Source of the DNA: Eledone cirrhosa
Taxonomy: Eukaryota
Assembly (NCBI GenBank): GCA_964016885.1
Contig: OZ024745.1
Span: forward strand, 111,724,001 to 111,788,000
Direction: 5' to 3'
DNA: 64,000 nt
Below are positions 12,501-24,500 of the stretch, in pieces; positions within the stretch are counted from its first letter, which is position 1, and each line of letters begins with the position of its first letter. A program made the position numbers and the translations under genes. Below the pieces are notes generated by a model. It searched no databases and was not told the DNA's origin. It saw only the letters and a program-made list of their open reading frames with translations.

Positions 12501-15500
12501 CTGAGTTTGTCTAACTTGTACTCTAAACTCACTAATAACTAACCTGTGTTGAATGGTGCATTCTTTCCCAGGGAAAGTTTTAGCATTTGTCTGTCTTGTT
12601 TTCTAGTGAAATAAAGGCAATTTAGCTTGTGTTCACTTGATTGATATGTGACTTAGTAGCTAGCCGTTTGTCTTACATCACAGAACTATATATATATATA
12701 TGTATATGTATCTATATGTGAGTGTATGTCTGATTACTTTTTTTCTTTTCTTAAGATTTGGCAAAAGACCCTCTTTACTTAAAAAGTATACAGATCTGAA
12801 AAAGTCCAAAGTTGAAAACACTGAGAATTCACGAAATGCATCTTCACTTAACCCAGGAGTTACAACAGCCAATCAAGATATGTTTGTCAATGATGGCAGC
12901 TTTCTGGAAAGGTTCAAGAAACTTCAGGGACTTGTGCGTAAGTACTCTGTTTCTCATTCTTATCATCATCATCATTGTCGTACTGAAGCAGTGTTGTTGA
13001 TGAGATTGATAGTAGCAGGAGAGTAATGGCTTTTGCTAAAAATGGTCCCTTATTAGTCTATAAAAGAAGTACTGTTATATTGGTGAGATGGTTGTGATTT
13101 GGGAGAATACTAAGTTATAGATAAGTCCTACTAACTTTGTAAAGCAGGAGTCAGGAACTATCCTCTAACCTTGTAAAACAGGGTTCAGGTACCATCCTAT
13201 CAGCCTAGTAAAACAGAGGTTGGGAACCATTTCAATATGAAGAGTCATTTTTAACTTTAAAAAAATAATTGACATTATCAGAGCGGCATAATTAATTGAA
13301 AACAAGAATTTAGCTTACTTTTTTTCTTACTCAATGCTTCTTTGGCTTTGAATCTTATCTGAGATTGTTTCAATGTCTGTCATGAGTCATAGGATTTATT
13401 TTAATTTAAAAAATATTTCAGGCTATCTACAAGCCATTCAAGATAAGGTAAAGAGCCACAAGTTCTTGAACCTTGTTGAAAAAAAAAAAACAGCATCTAC
13501 TAAATTTTCAGACATTGGGCTGCCATTACTTTATTCAGGATAGCTACAGTTTTATAATAGTAATAGAATAGACATAAGTTTAAACTGATTGTTGATCCAT
13601 ATTCTGGCTTTAAGTTGTCGCTGACAGTAGGATGATGTGTTCAAGTATTTTATGACTGAATACACTTATAACATCAGAGACTCTATCACAAGATACAGTT
13701 GATTACCATTTACATTTAATAGATTGAAACAAACAATGGAATGCTATTCCTAGGGATGTAACAAAAGCTGTGCATTTTGTTTGCTGCTTTCTGTAGAATA
13801 TGGATGCAATTTCAGCAGAGAGAGAAATGGGGGGTGGGGTCGAGAGGACCCTTCAATCATGCTACAGTACGGCAATCTTCCTAGTGTTGGTGACCTATAC
13901 GATAAACACACCGACTACACGCTGAAAAGTGGTTGGTGATAAGAAAGGCATCGAGCCATAGAAAGCTTGCCAAACAAAGGGTTAGGAGAACCCTCGGTTG
14001 TGTCATAGACATGACAACCTCCCCTGTGCACTCGGTAGAATGTGAGACTGTATATAAGTGTGATGCAGGTGCCCTTCTTGACATCAACCTTTTTAGTTGC
14101 TTCTTCCAATACACAGGGATGTATACTCTATTTGCCACTAGTTGTTGCATAAGCAACAAAATAATGTTGTAGATATTAAAAGATTTCTGTTTCGGTAGTA
14201 CAAAATGTTAGTCCAGGCTAGGCATGTTCAGTATTCTTGAATACCTCATAGTAGGTGTTTAATAGCATTGGCGTTGTTCTACTTCAATTTTATTTCTTTA
14301 AAAATTCCAAATGTGACTACACGTTTTATGTTCACTACATGCCACTAGTAACAAGAATATTGTAGATATAAAAAAGTGTCAGTACTACAAATGTTAAGCA
14401 AGCCATGTTATCCAAAAGATAGTTGAATGTTGTTGAATAACTTGAATATGTTAAATGAGCTTCACATTCTACTACTACAAGTGTTGTAACAGAATGCTGA
14501 AATTAGCACAAATGCAAAGTAAGAAAAAATGATCTCCGATGAGTAGAAAAGAGCATGTATGTGTAGATACCCAGTAAATCATGTATATACAGGTGCGCAT
14601 GTATGTTGTGCAGTTTTATGGTTAGGTCAGGTTCCTACTTGTTACTGGTACTATGTAACCCAGTACAACCTGCTTCATGGTCGAGTGGTCAGTGGCTAAA
14701 CCAGCTCCACCACCAGACCCTGGTCTGGTGAGGAGGGTAGGTGGAACCCCAGCAGCATAAAAAAGAGCTGTTAAAAGGGTAGATGAACTCCTCAGAGTCA
14801 ACAGCCATCCACTCCCAACTATGGGTTAAATAGCCTCACTAACCAGCAATTGGCCAAGACCAAACAGAAAGCTGTGGAGGTCAACCAGAAAGGGGTCCCT
14901 CCAACAGAAGTGAGAAGGCCCTGGATTGGATTAGATGTTGTATGTAAAGGAACACTCATCTATCAATGACTGGTGATCCAAACAATTCTTACACCTTTCC
15001 AGTAAAATATAGTGCAACCAATTTATATTGTAGCAAGTGTAGTTTGTAATGAAATGAAATGTGTGGTGCCGTGATAAAAAGCACCCAGTCCACCTTGTAA
15101 GGTGGTAGTGCCAGAGTCGTGATAAAATTCTCCCAATACACACTAGGCGTTCAGAAGGGTATCCAGTCATAAACACCAGGCTAAAAAATAGGGCATATGA
15201 GCAAGATGTAGTCACTGCCTTGTCTGGCTTCATAACGTTACAACCTGTCTAACCTATGCCAGCTTGGAAAATAAACATTAAACAGTAATGATGATGAATG
15301 CAACACCAATCATGAAACAATCACTTTAACATGAGATAATTGCTACACATTTCTTGATATTTTATGATGTATTTAAGCTAGAATTTATATTGGTTCATAC
15401 ACCTGATGTACCCCTTCCATACACATGCACACATGTGTGTATCATGACTCGTGCACTGTTCATTTTACTGATGTTTGTGCATTGCCCTAAGTACTGTACA

Positions 15501-18500
15501 TGCACTTTTTTGATGAGTTGTGCACCTGGGCACTGTACACAATATTTCATTATTGTTATTGTTATTATATCATGACTCATACACTGTTTATTTTCCTGAC
15601 ATTTGTACATTATTCTATGTACTATACATGCACCTTTGATGAGTTGTAGTGCACCTGAGCACTGTACACAATAATTTCATTATTATTATTATTATATAAG
15701 GTTAGGAGTGGTTTGAATTGTAAATAGGAGTCTTGATATGCTAGCTACTTGGTCAGTTTCATACAGCTATCATCTTACAGTGAATAATAACTTGGAGCAA
15801 TAGCTCAATATATTTTAATGATACTTTGTGCTCAAATTTAAATGTTATTCTTTTCAACTAGCTTCTCAGCAAACTGATTCTATGCCGAAATCTGGACCAC
15901 AAGAGGAAAAACCTCCAAATGTTACTCAAGTGCCTTGCTCATCTTTACCATCTCAGAGTTCAGTAACCAAGTCTGTCACCTCAACTGTTGCATCCCAGCC
16001 AGCACCACTTCTACCATCCCCTACACTGTCTGCTGTAAAAATACCAAAAATGTTGGCTTCTCCTCCTTCTTCTTCTTCTTCCTCTTCCTCTTCCTCATCC
16101 TCTTCTTCTTCTTCTTCCTCTTCTTCCTCTTCCTCTTCTTCTTCCTCTTCTTCGTCTTCTTCTTCAAAATCTCCAGTAACACCAGCTGTTGGATTATCTT
16201 CACTATCTAGTTCTCATTCTTCTTCCACCATTCCCTGTGCTCCATCTGGTTCTAGTTGTAAATCAAACAGGCCTTCTAATACAAATACTTTAACTCACAG
16301 TGCGTCATTGATCTCTTCAGTGAAAGAGGAAGATGATAAATATGACCCAACATCACCAACCGAAGACCTCAGTCCAGGTAAGAAATCATTTTTGATTAAC
16401 TCCATAAGATATTTTTTCTTTTGTTACCATTGTTGATGTAGTTAAAATTATATTCATATGTTTTTAGGGGGTAGAAGGCCTAAAACTTTGTCTGGTTTAG
16501 CTCCTCTACTTGCTGAGTCAACGAAGGAATCCCTACACAGTCACTCAAACTGCTCAACGTAGCAGTCAGATAACAACCTACCATCTCAAAAAAGAACACA
16601 TTGGATACTGTATCCTCCCGACCTCTTGTTTGCCAAGCTTTCTATGGCTTTCACATGCTAGGAGTACTTTAAAAGCAAAAGATAGAATAAAGAACTTTGT
16701 ATAGGGATTCATAGAGTAGAAGAGAGAGAGAGTGACAGCAAGAGTGAGAAAAATAGAAGATGAGAGCAAGAAGGAAGAGAGGGTATGAGCAATAAAATAA
16801 AATCAGAAGTAATATTGAAAGTAAAACTATTGTCACATAAAACGTATGTGTGCATGGGATATATTTATGTAACAAAACGTCTGAATTCTAAAATTTTGTT
16901 GGAAATATTTTCAAGGGAACCATAAATAGGACCAACGACTATGTAAATGTAGAAAAACAAAAATAGTGTTTCATTGTGAAATAATCACTCCAGATATTTT
17001 AGCACCATATTTACGTAGAATTTGAACTTGGTGAAAATCATCAAAATACTGAATGTAAAGCGCCCCCCCCCCCCCCCCCCCATCCTCTTTCTAAACACTT
17101 ATATTTGAGTATATACAGTAAGTTCTATTTTTAACTCTTTAGCATTTAAACCGGCCATATCCGGCCAAAATTTTCTCACCTCTTTCTGTTCAAACTGGCC
17201 ATAATCAGCCACTCATACTGATGTCATGGTATTGTTCTCAAAATAAATAATATCAAAATCTCATAGATTCGATATTATGTGAGATAAAGCCTTTACCGTG
17301 AAAATGTAATAGTAAATATAGAGTAATGTAAATGCTAAAGGGTTAATAATCAGTTTTGTTACTGACATAGTAAATAAATGAAATGATGAAATTTTCATAG
17401 TTGCTCGATTGCTAGTTCTATTATTGACAGTTTTGCTGACTTTAGAACACTTAATAATATGAGATATGTTTTAAACTAAGATTCTGTTCTTTACTTGATA
17501 TTTAATTCTTAGTAAATTGTTAACTTATTTTCTAGTAAAACTTCATCCAACTAGTGGCCAGAAGGAAAGCCTATCTCACAATACTGACAAGATTGAAAAC
17601 TGTTCTTCTATCACACCAAAAACTGAAAACCAAAATAATCAAGAAACTATATCAAGGTATGTTGATTCTCTTTAATTTCCTTTTTCATATTTGATGGGAA
17701 ACAGCATTTGGTAGAGAGGGCTCTTCAGTCATGTCAAGGAAATGACAACCTCTTTAGTGCTGGTGCCACAATAAAATGCACCCAATATACTCTCTAGTAT
17801 TATGATGATGAATATAAGCTGTCCCAGCTTATATTCATCAGTATCATTTTACGTCTGCTTTTCCCTGCTTGCAAGGGTGGGCTCTTCAGCACAGCATCTC
17901 TCCATTCGTCGTGGTCCTTCGTCATCTCTGTGAGCTTCAGCGATCTGAGGTCAGCTCTCACCACCTCCGCCCATGTTTTTCGTGGTCTTCCTCTATTGTG
18001 CCTTCCTTCCACTGGGATTTCCTGGCACTTCTTCATCCAGCGATCATCTTCCATGCGCATCACATGGCCATACCAACGCAGTCTTCTCTCCCGCACACTA
18101 CAGTTTATCCCTCTTATACGCAGTATCACTCTCAACTCATTCATGCACATTGACATTGCACATCCATCAAAGCATGCTTGCTTCATTTCTTTCCAGCCTT
18201 CGCGCATCTTACACAGGCATCATACAACCAACCTTTCGTTCATAGGGAGAAACCCTTCGTTGTCAATATTTTGGCGATTTTCACCAACTTCAAATTCTAC
18301 ATAAATATGGTGCTAACATATCTGGAGTGGTTATTTTGTAATGAAACGCTGTTTTTCTACATTTAAATCCTCATTGGTGTTATTTACGCATTCCCTTGAA
18401 AACATTTCCAACAAATTTTGAACTTTTTAATACATAAATATTCCATCACTACATGTGCATACACTCACACATACGTTTTTCTTTCAATCTTACTTCTGAT

Positions 18501-21500
18501 TTTATTGCTCTCACCTTCTCTCTCTATCTCCCTCTTCTACTCTATGAATCCCTATACAAAGTTCTCTTATTCCATCTTTTGCTTTCAAAGTACTTAACAT
18601 AATGGAAACTCATTGTGTAATGGAGTTGTGAAACAAAAACTATACTCTAAACAACTCTTAAAACTTCATAAATATATTTTATGCTCATGAGAATTTCAAA
18701 ACAACACCATTTAAACATAATGCGTTGATTAGCTGCCTCAGCTTATAAACAGGGTTTTGATTTTTGCCCATTTCTTAGACATAAAATAGTGGGATCGGCT
18801 TATATTCAAGTATATATGGTAATTCAATTGTTATTTGTTAATTGCAATGACATAGAAATATTAATATTAATAGGCATAAAACAATGTGATTAATTCAGAT
18901 ATTGTTTTGTTTTTTTATTTTATCAAAAGCTGCTGCTAGTCTCTGATCTAAGCTAATAGGAATTTAAAACTGCAAACTATGATGCTAATTTACTTTGTTA
19001 ATAAGAATTTATACAATTATTATGGATTAATTTTTATCATTTCATATTTTGTATGTTTACTCCATTAGTGTGTCCTCCCTGTCTGACTCCAAACAGACTC
19101 CAAACAAAAAAATCAAGAGTGAGGATTCAGTTTTGACAAATGTGAAAAAGGAGGAAAATCAAGAAAGAGGTATTCCCCTAGTCTATGATATATCTTTTAT
19201 TGAATAAACTTATTTTATTTATAACTTCACTCAATTTTTCAATATAATTTCTCTTTATTCATTTTAACTTATTGAATTTCAAATCTTAAATCTAGTTTTT
19301 AAGTTACTTAGTATTTTACCTTTTTTTTTTCTCATTAATTCTTTACTTGTTAGAATAACTTTTTGGTAAATGGGAAGGGTAGTAACAGTAAAGCTCTGTG
19401 ACATTAAAGATATATATATATATATATTTGCCTTCATTGTGTGTGTAGAATGTAGTTTGGATGGGTATGTTTGTCATTTGACTGTTTGGTTAATGTCACT
19501 TTGTGTGTGCATGAATAGAATTACTTTTTTGTTTGCTTTCTAACTGTTGCTATACTTGTCTTAAGTTTTTATTTTATTTAGTTTTTTTTTTTTACATGTC
19601 AGAAAACACTCATAAAAACTAAGGATTTAGACAAATATAAAAACACAAACTAAACATTGCAAATTGACAAAAAATCTACCTTTAGTCTCCTGTTTTACTA
19701 CTATTAACCCATTAGCATTTAAACCAGCCATATCCGACTAGAATTCTGTCACCTCTTTCTGTTCAAACCAGTCGTAACTGGCTGCTTATACTGACGTTAA
19801 GGTATTGTTCTCAAAATAAATAATATCAAAATCTCATAGATCTGATATTATGTGAGATAATGCCTTTTCTGTGAAAATAGAATGTGATTGCTAAAGGGTT
19901 AATCTTTTTGATTACTAAACTACCTGAAAGCACCCCTAGTTCTAGAATTCTTTAAAGTGTACAACTTAAAGTCTGTAACTTAACAAAGTTTCTTACATAA
20001 AATTATGGTGGAAAGTTAGAAATAAATATAAACACTTGAAAATAAACAGCTTTGTCTCACAGAACTAGGGGAGGTTTCAGGTGGGTTTGGTATCAAAAGG
20101 TTTAATAAACAGAAATGAAATTACATATAAATTTTAATGTCTGTAATTGAAATGATCATAGCATATTAAAGTGGAGGCGCGTGGCTTAGTGGTAAGGGTG
20201 TTGGACTTATGATCATAATGTTGTGGGTTTGATTCCTGGGCTAGGTTGCATGTTGTGTTCTTGAGCAAAACATTTCATTTCACATTGCTCAAGTATACTC
20301 AGCTGAAAATGAGTACCAGCTATAGCTGGAAGTTTAACCCTGTGATAGACTGGCGTCCTGTCCAGGGGGAGTCATGTACTCTGTCACTTCATGCCATGAA
20401 ACTGGGATAAGCCTCAGCCTAACAAGCTTTCTGGCTTAAGACAGACTTTAGACTTTAGGTAGCATATTAAAAGAAATCTATTGTTACAATAAGCAGCAAT
20501 GTAACATATAGACTATGTAAAGATGTTTTTGATAAGGAATTTTGATTCTGTTAGTCATTCTATCATTTTGTTCTGCTTGAGTAATTCCTGTATTTATTAA
20601 CATTCAATAATAGTATTGTATTCACACTTTAAACTGTTGGGTATATTTATGGAATAAAATAATCTATTAATTCAGCTTAGCTGCAATTTCATAAGCTCCA
20701 ATTATTAATATAATTAATTGCTGGATTGTGATTCTCAAAAGCCAGCTAATTATATAATACTGACATGCTAATTGTCATTTTAGTTGTTTGTATTGTTGAG
20801 ATATCTGCTGTATTCTGCAGTTGTGGGTTATGAATGTTTTCTCTCTATAGAGTAGTGTAACTGTGAAGAAATGTTTTGTTTTTTTTGTTTTTTTTTTTTG
20901 TTTTTCATTAAAAAGTCCTGTCTCAAGTGGCAGTCAGTTATAATGAAGGAAGTCATCTGGCCTGCATTGTTGCTTGCGAGTTTCCACGTTTATATATCAG
21001 TGTGTATATGTGCTTGTTGAAGTGTATGTTTGTGGTATAACAGGGCCACAAGTACCATGTAGTGGTTTGCCGTTTCTGTCACAGTGGCTAGACTTGGCTG
21101 ACGCTAGGAGGTAAAAGATACTGATAGTGATTGTAGTCTCTCCAGCAGACGACCCGCAAGGACTTGTGGACCAACTAGCTGTAATCATTGCGCAGTGTGG
21201 CCCAGAAATGGAAAAAAAAATCTTGGCTGAAAATAAAGAAAATCCTTCTTACTGGTAAGTTATTTGATATTTTAGACAGGTTGTGAAGGTGCATAGCTTA
21301 TTTGTTAGAGAATTGGATTCGCAACCTTTCAGTTGCAAGTTCAATTCCTACACCTGGTGGTGCATTATGTCCTTCAGCAAGACACTTTATTTCATGTTGC
21401 TCATTCTACTAGGAGTTGTGACTGATAGATAGTATCAGCAATGGAAACATTGTTTCCTTGGTCCGATTTCACAAGTTTAACCCCACTGGGCAAGTGAATG

Positions 21501-24500
21501 AAGTCAGATTTTGTTGATCGATTTGATCAATCAATAAAAACAGATTGAAAAGATATATATGTTCTGTTATTTCGAACAAATATGCATATATATTTGTTAC
21601 TTTTCTATTATTGAATAGAAAATAGAATTTGATTTCTCTATGTTCTCATATGCAGTAGTTACCATATACTTTTCCTCCAAATTGGGAGAGTCGTTAGAAC
21701 GTCAGATAGAATGCTTTGCAGTATTTGTTCTAACTCTTTGCACTAAGTAATTAAAATACATTAAGATCTGCATTGCTGAGTAATTTCTATAAGACAATTA
21801 GTTCCAACCTTGTTCTATTCAAAGCATATTATTCTATTTGCTTATGCTTTCTTAAAGAGTTACTCTTCTTTCATCATGGTTTGAGTGAGTAGCATTAATA
21901 ATCCCATAAGATGATCTCAATAAAGAATTTAGTCCCATAACCTACACAATTTATTGTTAAACACTTTAATTTACACATTATTAAAAAAAAAAATGAATAC
22001 ATAAATCAAGGGCAGTGCCCCAGTATGGCCTTAGCCGGATGGCTGGAACAGGTAAAAGAATATAAATAATAGCAAATGTCAGTAGATAAGGAAGAATGAT
22101 ATTCACCAGTTTTCATTGCTTTTAGCTAGGTTTAAATTTTTTCTTTGTCATAATTTTGTAATTTTTATTTTATTTTATTTCATTTTACCATAAAGGTTTC
22201 TCTATGATACTGAATGTTCGCTGCACAAAAGAATGTGGCTGAAAATTGAAGAGTTACGTTGTTTAAAAAAAGCAGAAGATGCACAGAAGGTGAATTCTGA
22301 ATTATATACTAGTGATGATGGTGAGTAAAACTGGAAGAAATTTGGATTTTTTTTTTTTTTTTTTAATAGAAAAAAGGGTAATTTAACCCTTTAGCATTTA
22401 CATTGCTTTAGATATACTATTGTATTTTCATGATAAAGGCTTTATCTCACATAATATCGAATGATCATCATCCATACTCGCTGTACCAGCACAGTCTTCT
22501 CTTTTGCCTCTTGCACACTACATTTGATTCCTTTTATACTCAGTTTCTTTTTTGGCTCCATGCTTTGCTATTCATGTATATTAACATCATACATTCATCA
22601 AAGCATGCCATCTTCATTTATCTCCACATACCCTCTACATTTACTGCCTATGTTTCACTTCCATACAACATTACACTTTGTATGCAAGCATCATACAACT
22701 GGCATTTCATTTGTAGAAAGAAAGCTTTTGTTGTCAACAGAAACAGTAGACCCCTGAACTTTTCTATCCTGTTCTTATTGCTTGAAATAACTTTCCCCAT
22801 TGCTAATTTAGTTACCTAGGTAATCATCATCATCATCATCATCATCGTTTAACGTCCATGTTCCACGCTTGCATGAGTTTGGACGGGAGTTTTCCCACTT
22901 GAGGCAAGAGTGGTTGTCTTGCTCGCATAGGACTGTCTGGCGGGTTTTCTACAGCTGGATGCCCTTCCTAACACCAACCACATTTACAAATAGATATAGA
23001 ACCTTCTTGGGATTGGAAAAGCTTTATTTCACTGAGTCTCTTACTCATCTCTTGTTCATCTCTCACATACAAAGTCTACCATTTCTGTCAGTCTGCGTAA
23101 AATCCCATGACATCTCTTGCATACCCATGTTTTACATTTTGTACATTGTATGGAGTTCCCACATATTCCTTTTCTATATATTGTGCATGACCACTTCCCT
23201 GTTTTGACTAGAATTCTGTTTTCTTTCCTACTTACTAAAAATTTGGTCTTTGCTAAGTATATTCTGAGCCCTTTGGATTCTAAGTTTTGTTTTCTCAGTA
23301 GGAATTTCTTCTCTACTTCTACTGACTCAGCTATAAAAACCAGGATGTCAGTATACTGAAGTTCCCATGGACATTCAGTCTTAGACTTCTCGGTTATAAC
23401 CTGTGGCACTATAATAAACAGAAATGGGTTGATGACTTCAGTCCTGATGAACACCCACCTGCACACTGAATTCCTCACTAAACTTATTACCAATTCTCAC
23501 TTTACTGACAGCACCTCTGTACATGGCTTGCACTGTTCTCACAAGCCATTCTATTACACTTTGTTCCCTTAAGGACCACCTAATAACCCTGTTGAAGCAA
23601 GGGTTAACTTTGTGTGCCCCATGACAGGCTTCTCCATTTTGCCCTTCTCGCTACCCCCCCCCCCCCTCCCTCCACACACACCAGCCTCTTTGCTTTCATT
23701 TCCTCCTCTATCTTTAGCCAAGTTTTTCTTGTTCTTCCCCTTCCTCTACATTAGTTCTTCTCACCCAATCACTATCCTTCCTCAACACATGACCTAGTCA
23801 TCTCATTCCCTTTATTTTCACAACATTCATCACTGGCTCTATTCCCATCATCCTCTGCAATTCATTGTTTGTCTTCCTCTCTCTCAGTAATACTCCACTC
23901 ATCCACCAAACCATTCATATTTCTGATATTCAATAATGATTAAATTATATTTTTAGGTTTATTGGAAGGTAAAGGTGGCCGTAAGAAACGTCGAAGTCGG
24001 TGGGGTCCTCATGAGGAATTCTGTCCTCTTCCATCTGACCTTCTAGATCCTAGCAGTATTCCTGCCGGCTCCAGAACCAATATAGTTCCATGTACTATTG
24101 CTGTACAGCCTTCTGCAATGACATCAACTGCAGTTCCTGTATCTCGGCCTCCTGGTAAGAAGTCTTATGTTAAACCTACATAATTTTTTGCTATGGTTTA
24201 TTTATTCATTTATTTTTGTTAGATCACTGTTTAGTTGTATGATGCTGAGTTTTATTTCCATAGGCACAGGCATGGTCATGCGGTTAAGACGTTTGTTTCA
24301 GAAGCCATGGTTTTGGAATCAGTCCCATTATCTGGTACTTTGAGCGAGTGTTTTTACTACAGCCCTATGCCAACCAATGCCTTTTGAGGCAATATGGTAT
24401 ACAGAAACTGTATAAAGCTGGTCTATATACACATATATATATATGTGTGTGTGTGTGTGTAGACTGCTTTTTTTACAGTTTGTCTACCATATTTCCTTTA

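Noticed and set aside
13126-13230. CRISPR-like spacing of ~34-bp units
   Set aside because: Eukaryotic intron; units are contiguous and degenerate with no unique spacers or cas genes
14640-14930. GC-rich segment with caccagacc/ggtctggtg hairpin as an HDV-like ribozyme at a LINE 5' end
   Set aside because: Could not build the P1/P1.1/P2/P3 double pseudoknot; probably a retroelement fragment of unknown family
20172-20250. Possible tRNA gene (also ~21285, ~31040)
   Set aside because: No complete cloverleaf; continues into SINE body and tail
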